Positions 25,166-37,325 of a stretch of 64,000 nt of DNA are shown here, piece by piece (position 1 is the first letter of the stretch; every line of letters starts with the position of its first letter). Source of the DNA: Psammoneis japonica (taxonomy: Eukaryota); contig QPGO01000220.1 of assembly GCA_008632985.1 (NCBI GenBank), positions 1 through 64,000 on the forward strand, given 5' to 3'. A program made the position numbers and the translations under genes. The notes beneath the pieces are model-generated. The model was not told where the DNA came from, did not search any database, and saw only the letters and a list, made by a program, of their open reading frames with translations.

Positions 25166-26392
25166 ATGAAAGTAATTCATAGCATCCTTTTCTTCACGGC
25201 CGTTGCTTCTACCATGAGCACTGGTGCCGTCGCCAACCCTCTTCCTGCCTCGCTTGTCAACGCTGCGAAGCGCGGTGCAAGCTCGTTTGCGATCAAGGCG
25301 ACCGAGACTATTGCAACGATTCGTAAAGACATCCAAGGCAAGTTTATGGCTGCGATCACTCCCGTGGATATCGAGAGCATCTCCAACGATTACCACAATA
25401 TCGTCAGCAACGCCGCTCCCGGCACTACGCCCTTTGATGACACTCTCGTCGACTCGAGCTTCTGCGTTTCGTTTGACGACGCCGAGTCGCCCAACAGCTG
25501 GGTCCAACAACTCCTTCGTAACACTACCCCCACGATTGTACCAGTGGAAGCTTCGAACACGTTTTGCGTCTATTTTGAGCATGACAATGGGGACTCCAAC
25601 GCCGCCAGTCTCCCGCAAATCTTCCACAACAACACTCCGCTTCGAGAACCAACCGCATCGTCACTCAAGACCAGCACTTTCTTGAAAATTGTTTGGGAAA
25701 TCAAGTCGGAAATGGCATCAGACACGTTCAACACGGCTCTTTTGGATATCAAGTCAGGAATGGATCGTATTTGGAACCTTGTAGACGACATGTCGACACG
25801 CTTTGTCACGGAATTGCAGACTCAAGCGACCGTTTTGCAAGTGCGCAATACTACTACGCAACTTCAGAAGCCAACTTTGTGGAAGCCCGATGATATCGAG
25901 TTCGGGCCGAGCAATTGGTGGAAGAGAGTCGAAGAAGTGTCAAAGTGGGTTCAGACTAGCGTTTTGCAAGGGTACAGGACGATTGCTGCGTCGCTTGGAC
26001 AGAAAACCTTGTCGATGATCGACGACTTTGGATTGAGGGAGCACAAGTGGTGGAAGAGAATCCAAGACTTGTCGGATTCGATTCAAAGCAGCATTTTGCA
26101 AGGACGCAAGACTGCTGCCATGGTGTTTCGGACGTCCACAAAGCCCGACGAATTCGAGTCGACGCTTGGCAATGGGTCGAAGAGAATCAACGACATTCAG
26201 GCTGCCGTCATGAAAGACATCAAGACGTTTTCGTGGCTTTTAGAACCCATTAATGTGAAAGAGGTCATTGACAATTTGTGGAAAAGAGTAGACGACGTGT
26301 CCGAGCGGATTGAAACTGTTTTGGGCTTTTTACGAATCTCAACCCTGCAAGTGGGAGAGAATGCAACCGAGGCGTTAGTGAGTCTCGATTAG
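25166..26392 (+). CDS. Secreted protein of unknown function with Trp-led amphipathic helical repeats
   Basis: Signal peptide MKVIHSILFFTAVAS; repeats WWKRVEEVS / WWKRIQDLS / LWKRVDDVS; intronless 408 aa. Confidence 0.7.
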   Translation: MKVIHSILFFTAVASTMSTGAVANPLPASLVNAAKRGASSFAIKATETIATIRKDIQGKFMAAITPVDIESISNDYHNIVSNAAPGTTPFDDTLVDSSFCVSFDDAESPNSWVQQLLRNTTPTIVPVEASNTFCVYFEHDNGDSNAASLPQIFHNNTPLREPTASSLKTSTFLKIVWEIKSEMASDTFNTALLDIKSGMDRIWNLVDDMSTRFVTELQTQATVLQVRNTTTQLQKPTLWKPDDIEFGPSNWWKRVEEVSKWVQTSVLQGYRTIAASLGQKTLSMIDDFGLREHKWWKRIQDLSDSIQSSILQGRKTAAMVFRTSTKPDEFESTLGNGSKRINDIQAAVMKDIKTFSWLLEPINVKEVIDNLWKRVDDVSERIETVLGFLRISTLQVGENATEALVSLD

Positions 26393-27724
26393 CATCTTGG
26401 GACGCATAACACTGGTTAGTCACGAGGGAAATTGTATAGAGCAATATTAATCATGGACCGTCACTACTATAGCTAGTTGGAATACACAGAAGAATGCTTG
26501 GAATCGCAGAACAATCCCTCCTTTAGCGAATTGAATTGAGCGAGTTCTGAGAACTAGCGATTTGATTGCTCATTTGGAAGAAATGAATGATGCTACTGAA
26601 ATATCTAGTTTAGTGCCCATCAAGATATTATGCAACACGGGAGGGTTTAGCAAATGTCCGATAGCGGGTCCAATGTTTCGAGTGAACCCTGAAGTAAGAC
26701 AACGTTTGTTTGAAAGCAAGTGCAGCTTTGCAATGCTGAAAATTAAAATGATGTCAACTACAGCTAATTTGCCTTACTGAGAAAACAGACTCCCCCCCCT
26801 CTCTCTCTCCTCTTGGTGTCCTCGTTTTCTATAAGAGGTTGATCCATGCACCCGCATCAGAAGCAAGCAAAGGTGAATTTTCGTCGGGCATGTCTTCGTC
26901 CGAGGTCTGAATCATGTGACACGAAAGAAACTGCCCAACTTTCCTTGACACCACTTTTCCATGCTCGGTCTCGGGTTCCAAAAAGGACGTTGAGGCAATC
27001 CTTGCAAGATGTCACAGACCAGAATTTCTTTAGTCAGCAAGTCTTGAGAATGCCATCATCGCAGCACTGTAGGATTGAATCCCGCTCCGCACTTGATCAT
27101 TGTCAACCTGGCAACAAGCACTCCAAACAACAAAGCAGAAAGCCCAAAGCAAAGAGACAGGCCCAGAGGGAGCATTGGGTGAATCCCAGTTGATCACAGG
27201 AGAGGTCAGCACAGCAGAAGAAGACACCAGCAGTTTGCTCAGTGGACATCACAAGCCAAGTGCAAAGCCATGCATGGCTGCTGGGTTGTCATTGGTGCTG
27301 ACAATCTCAATGTGCACTTGTCAATGATGTGCTTTTTGCAGTTTTGCAGAGAGAGAAAAGCAAGCTTGGTGAGTCCTTCCAATGTTGATCACAGAGTGAA
27401 ACTGCATGAGTGCTCACTTGCTGTTTCACTGCCAAGGGCAGAGAAAGACAAGTGTGCTCCACTGGGCTGCTGACAGCAGAGTGCAAAAAATCGCCTCCAC
27501 ACCCACAACAAAGTCCAGCTCTTTTGATTTTTAGCACCACCAATGTGACTTCCAGCTGGCCTGATTCAGGCGCAACATCCCTGTTGATCCTGCATCATTT
27601 TGGCCCCTCTTTGTTGTTCTTCTAAGTGCCAGCACAGCCTCTGCCAAACTCAGAACAGTGCTCCATGGTGACGAGTCAGGAGATTTGCATCTGTGCAGCC
27701 AACCACCAAAAGAAATGGCACAAT

Positions 27725-28095
27725 CATCATGATGAAACAGCAAGAGTCCAGTGGTGCAAACCCAGCCAGGGCCTGCACATCCAGGCAGGCTGCTTGTGCT
27801 GATCTGAGCAAAAAACACTCTCTCTGTGACCACCAGAGAGAGCAACTGTGTCAGAGGAGCTGGCAGCAGGTGATGGCAGGGCCTGTGACCAGCATGTGGC
27901 TGCTGTGTTCATGACAAAACAGCAGGCATCTGGCAGCCCAAACCCAGCCATGACCTGTGCACCCAGGTGGGCTGCTTCTGCTGATCTGAGTGAAAGGCCC
28001 TTTTTGCAACCAGAGAGTGGCTGTGGCAGAGTGGCCAGCAGCAGCAGCTGATGGCAGGGCCTGCAACCAGCAGCATGTGGGGCTGCTGTGCTCTT
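27725..28095. repeat. Degenerate ~185-bp tandem duplication
   Basis: AAACCCAGCCA...GCTGATCTGAG and GATGGCAGGGCCTG..ACCAGC..ATGTGG each occur twice. Confidence 0.7.
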
Positions 28096-29807
28096 TGGTG
28101 GAGAGGCCTGACACAAGAGTCTGGGTGTCAGTACCAGCCTGACGCTGACAACATGTGCAATCACTGCCTGCTCCCCACACCCCAGGCCATGTCCCCACAC
28201 CACACATCCCTTCAATCATGGGCTCAGAGCAAACCCAGGCAGGACACCATTGGTTTGGCCAGGAGATTGAAGATGCTCTGTGGGTGGATGTGAGCATTCA
28301 TTTGAATGTTGAGTGCTGATGCTCAAACACAGTGTGAAAAGACATGTGTTGCGTGCACCAGCCATGCACATGCAGAGCCTCTGTGACAACAGAAATTGCA
28401 ATTTTTGGGATTTTTTGCCAACGCCAAAATCAAACATCACAATGCCATGCTGAGTGCTGGTGAATGCATGTGGCTGATGATGAATGTCCTAACTGAGCAT
28501 CATTTTTTGAAGAGGCTGATGCCCCCTGCAGATGATGAGAAACTCCCAACCAGTGCCAAAAAGTCACAGAATGAGAGTGATTGCTCCAAGGATGAGGTGT
28601 GGAAAACACAGCTGCTGAGTGCTCAAAAAGGCTGGCACAAGAATGACACAACAGCTGCTGATGCCATGGAGTCAACATGACAAACAAACAAAAACAATGC
28701 TGGGTGGGGGGTGAGCCATGTGTGTGTGTGTTTTGGCTGCAAGGCTCTGTGTTGCTCTTGAACAAAAGAGCGACATTGCACTTTGTTGCAGAGGTGGTTG
28801 GAGTGTGGTGCTTTTGGAACCCTAACCTGCTGCAATGATTTTTGACTGAGAGTGCTGCAGCAGCAACTCTGCTGTCAGTTGAACACAAGAGAGACAGTGG
28901 CATTGCTGACAGTGGGGTCAGACAGCATGGCTGCATGGACTGATCTTGCGCATGCGCAGCAGGCTGAGTGGTTGCCAGATTGTGAAGGCACACGTGCATG
29001 TGTGAGGTGCAAGCAGGAGGCCAAAATGTGCAGAGTTGTTGATGCTGAGTGAGTCAGCAGATGGTGGATTTTTTCCTGTGCTTGATCTGTGTGCTCTTCA
29101 CGTGGAACACGACAATGTCTGGGTGTGTTGTGGGGGGTTTGCACATGACACACAACACACATGTTGTGCTCTTAACATGCACATGATCCAACTCAAAAAA
29201 GTGCCAGTGCAGAACACTCCAAAACAAGACTGGAGTCTGGTAAAAAAATCTGTTTAAAGTGGTCAGACGAGCAGGGTTGTTTTGAAGATTTCTCAAGTTG
29301 CCCTCATTTTTGTTGGGTGTGTCTCAAAACATCTGCCAGCCACTGGCTCAGCCAAAATGTGCTGCCCCTCTCCTTCACACACAAACAGCAGCCACAGCAC
29401 AATGATGCCCAATGACCAGCACCACAGCAGCATGGCAAGCAAAGCAAGTGGTGCTCACCAATTTCCACGAGTGCAGATGTTTTGAGATGAGATCAAAGTG
29501 ATTGTGGATGACACATGCTTTGTTCCTGGGCCAAGTTGCATTTTTTTCTCATCACTTGTCATCATGTCATTTTACAATGTTTTGAAACACTGTTTTGTGT
29601 GAGATTCATGTGAGCACTTGCTTGGAAAAAGCAAGGTCTCAAGTGCATCTCACTTCTTTGGCCACACCACCAATGGCTTTTCTTGCAGGGCGTTGCCAGT
29701 TGGGCAGTCACATTAAACCTGGCTGGGCACAACCAACTGGCCCTGTCCAGGTTTGCTCATGTGCTCTTGTTGTTGCTGCTTGTTGTGTTGCTTGCACCAG
29801 GTGACAA

Positions 29808-30219
29808 GGTTGTGAGGAAAAGCTGAAAAGAAAAAAGAAGGCTTCAAAGGCTCCGCTGGTGGCTGGAGATCTGTTTGCACACCCGAGTCGTGCATGAGTT
29901 TGCACTCTGTTGACACCGGTGTTCTGTGGGGCACTGTGTGTCTGACATCAGTGATCAAAGCATGCATGTGGTGCTGCTGTGTTGTCACAATGAGATCATT
30001 TTGATTCAAGATGACGCTTCTGTTGCCTCTGTTTTTGCTTCTCTCGGAGGCGGTCAGGGATTGGTGCAATGCATGGGATGGGACCAAACGCACCCTTGAC
30101 AACACATTTGAAGTCCACCTGAATGATGGCCAAACTGTGATGCAAGGGTTGGGCAGCATCACACTGGGCAACGGAATCTGCTGCAAGATGTCTGCAAGCC
30201 CCCACCTTTGCATCAGCCA
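29808..30219 (+). pseudogene. Hypermutated partial copy of the upstream region and 5' CDS of the 37326-38405 gene
   Basis: Aligns to about 37125-37552 (TTGTGAGGAAAAGCTGAAAAG; GGGCAGCATCACACTGGGCAACGGAATCTG). Confidence 0.92.
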
Positions 30220-30829
30220 ATGATGTCAATGCAGTCACATCATTTGCACCTGCACATGATCTCCAGAGCTGCAGCCCTCATTCTTTCTCTGCCTTGCTGG
30301 GTTTGGGTGGATGCAAACATGAGAAAGACAAAGTGTTGGTTGTGAAAGCTTTTTTGCTTCTTTGGCTGTCAACACATCTGAGCATTTCCTCTTTGCATGA
30401 CATTGACCTGACGAGAGTGTGAGTTGTTGTGTGGGAGCGGCGATGTGGCAATGTGGGTGTCACCAACACCCCACAGCCTTCAAGAACAGAGCAGAAAACT
30501 TGTCTTTGTCATCTTCTTTGTGGATGATGGGTGAATGTTTTGAGGCAGATCGTGCTCTGTTCTCACTTTGTACACTGGCCAGTGCCGTCGTGTTCTCTCC
30601 TCTGTGTCTTCAGAGTGCCAACATGCTTTCTGCAGTGAGGGAATTGTTTGTGGTTGTTGATGCACCTGCCCCCCAAGTGCCAAAGAAAGCCATGTCCTGA
30701 GCTTTTGCTTTTTGCAGATTGTGGTGGTGCCCTTCTCGTGACCAGGATTCTGTCCATGCTTTGCCACTGCTGTGGCAGATGTGTGTGATGCATGGTGTGC
30801 TTTCTTCAACACCCTCCAGGTCTCCAACA

Positions 30830-31830
30830 GGACTGATCAGAGCATGTTGCTCTGCTCTTGCAGGACTTGTGCCTTCTTCATCTCCATCAGTGGCTCCATC
30901 ATCTGTTTCAGGCACTCTCCTGAGTGAAGCTCCAAGCAAAGCCCCCACTGACAAACCTTCTCAAGTCCCCAGTCCACATCTCCAACTGTCAAATCCATTG
31001 TCATGCTGTCTTTGTCTCCATCCATGGTTCCCAGTGACATGCCGACACCATCATCTGTTGGACCCTCCAGTTCTCCATCTGACAAGCCAAGTCCAGCCAA
31101 TTGAGCACAGGACTTGTGCCTTCATTGGCTCTCTGAGCACCCACATCATCTCCTTCTGAAGGTGCGCCAGGCAAGCTCCAAGCAAAACACCCAGTGATGA
31201 AACTTCTGGTGCACCATCTGCTGTTCCATGTCAATCACCAACCAGCAAACCTGGTGTTCTTGCACTGCTTTCATCTCCATCCTTGGTTCCCAGTGATGTG
31301 ACGACACCATCATCATCTGCTGCACCCTCTGGTTCTTCATCTGATGAGCCCAGCCAATCAAATGCAGAACTTGTGCCTTTGTTGGCTCCCTCAGCAGCTG
31401 CACCATCTTTTTCTGGAGGTGTGCCAAGTGAAGCTCTGGGTGAACACCCAGTGACAAAACTTCTGGCACTCCATCTGCTGCTCCACGCCAATCTCCAATC
31501 GTCAAATCTGGTGTTGCACCACCTTCATCTCCACCATTGGTTCCCAGTGATGTGCCAACACCATTGTCATCTGCGGCACCCTCCAGCTCTCCATCTGATG
31601 AGCCCAGCCAATCAAATGCAGGACTTGTGCCTTTGTTGGCTCCCTCAGCAGCTGCGCTGTCTGTTTCTGGAGGTGCGCCAAGTGCTGAAGCTCTCCAGGT
31701 GTTAGACCCAGTGACAAAACTTCTGGCACTCCATCTGCTGCTCCACACTAATCTCTAACTGGCAAATCTGGTGTTGCACCACCTCCATCTCCATCCTTGT
31801 TTCCCAGCGACATGCCGACAGCAACATCAG
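30830..31830 (+). repeat. Four ~250-bp tandem units encoding degenerate Pro/Ser-rich stalk (PSDVPTP..SAAPSSSPSDEPSQSN)
   Basis: GCAGGACTTGTGCCTT-like anchor near 30860, 31107, 31365, 31618; resembles a pseudogenised cell-surface protein. Confidence 0.8.
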
Positions 31831-34200
31831 ACAGGCTGGAAATTTCCATCTGGCGGGAAATTGATTGACACCCTGTGTGCAACCAAACAACCAAACAGTT
31901 GTTAGCTGAGGGTTCTGGTCAACTCCTGGTGACCAAGGGGTGGACTTTAAGAGCATTCATTGCAGTTGGCTTGGTTCATCTGGTGTTGTTTTGGTCCGAC
32001 AACACCCAAGGCCATCAGCAGACTGACTTGATTTTTCCATCTGGACAATGGATGGACACCCCAAGTGCAAGAACCAACTGGCTGTGCAGTTGTCAGCCAA
32101 GGGTTCTGGCCTTCTTGCTGTGTGCCTGGGCTGGACTTTAAGAGCATTTGTTGTCATTGGCAAGGTTCATCTGGTGTTGCTTGGGGGGTCAAAATTGCCC
32201 AATGATGGCAGCCAGCAGGAGACAGCTGACATGATTTTTCTGTTGGGACAATGGACAGATTCATCAAGCACGACAAACAAACCAAACAATTGTCAGCAGA
32301 GGGCTCCATTCAACTCATTGTGATCCAGGGGCAGACTTTGAGAGCATTTGTTGTGGTTGTCTTGGCCCATCTGGAGTTTTTTTGGCACAACATTGCCCCA
32401 GGCTGGAAGCAGAGATGTGCTTGAATTTTCCACCTTGACAATGGATGGACACCCCAAGTGCAACAAAGAAACCAAACAGTTGTCAGCTGAGGGTTCCAGC
32501 CAATTCATTGTGCTCCTGGTGCCAACTTTAAGAGCATTCATTGCAGTTGCCTTGGGTCATCTGGTGTCATTTTGGCCCAGCATTGCCAAAGGCAATCAGC
32601 AGTCAGACTTGATTTTTCCATCTGGGCAATGGATGGATGCCCCAAGTGCACCAAACTGGCCATGCAGTTGTCAGCCAAGGGTTCCAGCTTTCTCACTCTG
32701 CCCCTGGGGTGGACTTTAAGAGCATTTGTTGTGGTCAGCAAGGCTCCTGTCATCTGGCATTGTTTTGGATCAAGAGGTCACACAAGGGCAGCATCAAACA
32801 GACTCAATCTTTCTGTCTGGACAATGCACCAGGTTGTCAGCAGAGGACTCCAGCCAACTCACTGTGACCTGCAGGTGGACTTTAGGAGTGGCTGGTGGTT
32901 GGCTTGTTTCATCTTGTGTTGTTTTGGCCCAACTCTGCCCCAGTCTGGCAGCCGAGACAGGCTTGCTTTTTCCATCTGAACAACAGACACCCCAAGTGCA
33001 ACAAAGAAGTCAAACAGTTGTCAGCTGAGAGTTCTGACCAACTTGCTGCCTGTGACCCAGGGATGGATGAGAGAGCTTTCATTGCGGCTGCCTTGGCTCA
33101 TCCCTCTGGAGTTACTTTGCCCCAACATTGCCCAAAAACAGCAGCAGACAGACTTGATTTTTTTGTCTGAACAATGGACAGACAACCCAAGTGCTGCAAA
33201 CTGACCATGCAGCTGTCAGCCAAGGACTCCAGCCAATTTGCCATGGCCCAGCAGTGGACTTCAATGGCATTGTTGTGGCTGGCTTGTCTTGTCTTGTGTT
33301 GTTTTAGCCCAACATCACACCAGTCTGGCAGCAGACAGAGACTTGCATTTTCCACATGGGCCATGGACAGACACCCCAAGTGCAACAAAGAAACCAATCA
33401 GTTGTCAGCTGAGGGCCAGCTCACTGTGACCCAGGGGTGGGCTTTAAGAGCACTCATCATGGTCATCTTGGTTTGGCCTTTGGTGCTGTTTTGGCCATGT
33501 GACAGACTTTCAAAGCATTCATTGTGGTTGCCTCAGTGTTCATCTGGTGTTGTTTTGGCCCAACATCACCCAAGAGCAGCAGCAGACAGACTTGAATTTT
33601 TCATCTGGACAATGGATGGACACCCCAAGTGCTGCAAACTGACCATGCAGCTGTCAGCCAAGGACTCCAGCCAATTTGCAATGACCCAGGGGTGGGCTTC
33701 AATGGCGTTGTTGTGACTGGCTTGGCTCGTCTTGCACTGTTTTAGTCCAACATCACACCAGTCTGGCAGCAGACAGAAACTTGCATTTTCCACATGGACC
33801 ATGGATGACACCCCAAATGCAACAAGAAACCAAGCAGTTGTCAGCTGAGGGTTCTGCCCAGCTCACTGTGACCATGGTCATCTTGGTTTGGCCTGTGCTG
33901 GTGCTGTTTTGGCCATGTGACAGGCATTCACTGTGATTGCCTTGGTGTTCATCTGGTGTGTTTTGGCCCAACATCACCCAAGAGCAGCAGCAGACAGATT
34001 TGAATTTTCATCTGGACAATGGATGGACACCCCAAGTGCTGCAAACTGACCATGCAGCTGTCAGCCAAGGACTCCAGCCAATTTGCCATGACCCAACAGG
34101 GGTGGACTTTAACAGCCAATGAACAAACCCCAAGCAGTTGTCAGCTGAGGGTTCTGGCCAGCTCACTGTGACACAGAGGTGGCCACCTTGGTTTGTCATT
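31830..34200. repeat. ~190-bp tandem satellite-like array, about 12 diverged units, A/B alternation
   Basis: GACACCCCAAGTG-like anchor near 31868, 32055, 32448, 32636, 32986, 33181, 33370, 33619, 33807, 34026, followed by CAG(T/C)TGTCAGC. Confidence 0.88.
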
Positions 34201-37200
34201 CTATGGTGTTGCATCAGCCATGTGACACCCCAGCCCAGCAGCAGATGCAACAGAGTCCCTCTCACCAATGACTGGACACCTGAAGTGGCAACAAAGGTTG
34301 TTGAAATGCCGCAGCTGTCTTGCTTTGTTTCCAACAAAGAAGCACACATGGCTTTTGAAAAAATGGCAGAACTTGAACACACTTGCAACATTCTGCAGTG
34401 GCAGATGGGACATGTTGCATCAACAAATGTTGAACTCCTTTGAGGGAGAAAATCACAATCACAGGTTGGCCCTCAGAAAGGGCTCAGAAGACAGCTGTGC
34501 CTTGAGAGTCATCATCTTTGCACTCATGCTCTGAGGCATCTTGCTGCAACTGGGATTCTTTTGCTTGGTTCTTTGGTCACAAAATGACCCCAAGGTGAAC
34601 ATTGCTTGATTTCTTCTTTCTGGCAATTTCCACCAACAACTTGCCAATTGGAACATGTGATGTCACCCCTCCACAAAGATCAATGCTCCCACCAGCTCCA
34701 AATGTTTCACAGCTTCTTTGTGCAGCTTTTTGACTCTTTCTGTGTCAAACACATGCAAGTTGGCATCAGCACCTGTGTCAGCCAGGTTCATTGACTGGAA
34801 AACAAGCAAAGTGCATTCCCCTCCAGAAGCCAGAAAATCAGCATCAACTTTGTCTTTGTTTTTTGGTGGAGAGAATGTTTTCTAGATGGAGTCTTGTCTG
34901 TTGCCTGTCCTCTGTGATCTGATTTGCTGAACAGCTGTTGGCACTGCAACTGTGGTGGTGAAGATGGGGCAATGTCCACAACCTTCCCAGTTTCCTCCAA
35001 AGCCACCAGAGTTGCACCTTTTGGTTGGGCATCACATGTCAGAGTCAGAGTGAAGAAGACCTGCTGACTGTAATTTCTGGCTTTTGTTGCTCCTGCTTGT
35101 GCTCTGCTCTTGCCTTGTTTCTTTCCAGCATGCAAGTTTTTGATCCTTGTCTTCAACTTCTCAATCTCATCAAACCCACCTGACTTCTCTCTGCCTTTCT
35201 TGCCAAGCAAGATCTCTCTTCTCTGCAGCAACAACAGGACAATGCTGACAATGGGATTGCACCATCACATTGCAATGCATGGCACAGTGCACCCCAATGC
35301 CAATGACATTGCTGCCAGCAGGAACACTTGAGCCAAAGAACAAAGAAGTGGCAGAGTCCTTCATGGCAGGGGCAGTGAATGGATGTCAGGGTGATGTTGA
35401 TGAAAGGAACACCAAAAAAGTTAAGATGACTGTCAACTCAACCAAAAGAAGCAGACATCAAGGTGAGAACATCATGAAAGTGCTGGCTTGATTTTGTCAT
35501 GTGTCCTTTTCCAAGAAGTGTCCTCAACAGCTCTGCTTTTTGCATTTTCAGCAGAGCCAAGGAGACAGTGCAGTCAAACCCCAATAAAAACATTTGGCGA
35601 GTCATCCTCAGAACAGTTTTTCTCTTTTGTTTTTCTGGTGACTCAAAAAAAGAATGCATTTGACCACCATTCTTGCAGCCAGAATGTCAAAGAATCCTTT
35701 GCCTGCAAGTCTTGTCCCGCAAACCCAACAGGATGAGAAAACCATGGATGGGGCTCAATGATCAAATGTTTGCTGCATTCAGAATCAGAAGAAACTGTGT
35801 GGTGGAGTGCCACATGGAAAGCCAGTTCCACCAACATGCACTGACTTGGATCATTTTGTTGCGCTCCACTTGACTCTCTGTTGATGCACGCGGCATTGCA
35901 CCACAGGCCCCAGATGAGAACAATGCTGTGCCTGAAGCACAGTCCAGGAATGCTGGTGGAGGAGGGCACCAGTTCATTCCTGGAGCTCTGGCAATGGGTT
36001 GCTCCCCAAAAGATTGGAGGTGCCCTCAAACCCAGAAACATGTGTGAGACAGCGGCTGGCATGCAGGAATGAAACCCAGCAATGTCCAAGAAGGAAGACC
36101 CACAAACTCACCTGGAAAAAGGTGAAAACTCCAACAATGCAACTGGGAAACCCTGTTTCCAGCAATTCCTCCAGAAAACGTGCCATGGTGCATCCAAAGT
36201 CATGCATGAAGAAGTTCGTGCAGAAAATCCAGCAACAGTTGTGTGCAGTGTCCCAAAACTGCTCAACAAAGTTGAAGATGCTGCACCCACAGATCAGATC
36301 TGGATCTTTTTGGTGTGTGTTTGCATGTGTTTGAGGATGCCTTGCATGTTGTGCAGTGTCCATGAAGATCTGGATCCAACCCAGATGTTGTTTTGAAAGT
36401 CCAAACAAACAACATGCATGCAGCACAGCAATTGACCATGTGTTTTGGCAACACCAGGAGAGATCTGGGCAGTGCACAAGCAGGAGGAGCACCACAGACA
36501 ATGCTGCAGGTTTCACAATGGTCGTTTGCAGTGTTGTGGTTTTGACAATTCATTGCAGACTCTGCAACATCATCATCACAGACTCCCAACACTGTGAGAG
36601 TGCCCATGACGCTGTGTTGTGGGGAAGCCATGGAGTCTGGTGCACCACATCCAGGCCTTTCTGAGACACTTGCTTGTGCAGCGCACTGCTCTCATGGAGA
36701 GGAGCACAGCTGTGATCTTGGGTCAACTTCAAAGCTGCCTTTTTTCATTGTGGCTTGCTTCTTGTGCACCCAGCCTTGGCTCTGAGGGTCTGCCAATTTG
36801 CTGGAATGACCCAATTCCCCCCCTTGACCCGCTTTGCCGGTTTTCAAAAAGGCCACTCATTGCTGCACACCCAGAGTGAAAAGTGCTGCATGCTGCTCTC
36901 TTCATTTACACTGGCACCTTGCAAACTGCTGGTCCGCTTCCCAGTGTGACGCCGCCAGAAAAAAAAAACTCCAAGACCTGGCTGGCGCTGTTGAGCAATC
37001 TTTCCAAGTGTTGGAGGCTTGATGGCAGATGCAGGAACATCAAGAAGTCAAAGAGGAAAACCTCGGTCTAACCCGAGGATGGCATTGCTGACAATGGGGT
37101 CAGTGACAACAGATTCAATGAGAGATTGTGAGGAAAAGCTGAAAAGAAGGCAAGAATGAAGAAGGCCATTCAAAATGACGGCAGGAAACCGAACGCGAAT

Positions 37201-37325
37201 CGCGCATGAGGTCACCGTGCACCGTCGTGTTTGAGTCACCTTGATGACACCAATGTTCTGCGATCTGCGATCTGCGATCTGCGAAATTGTGAGATGTTGT
37301 GATCGTACTGAGCATCACCATCACG

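Larger units (their letters stand above)
26960..37300. repeat. ~10-kb heterochromatin-like block of degenerate repeats depleted of TpA (and mostly of CpG)
   Basis: Dominated by TG/CA; only about 35 TA by manual tally; no intact ORF. Confidence 0.85.

Noticed and set aside
31830..34200. Possible CRISPR-like array
   Set aside because: Whole units are homologous with no unique spacers; eukaryotic context; no cas genes.
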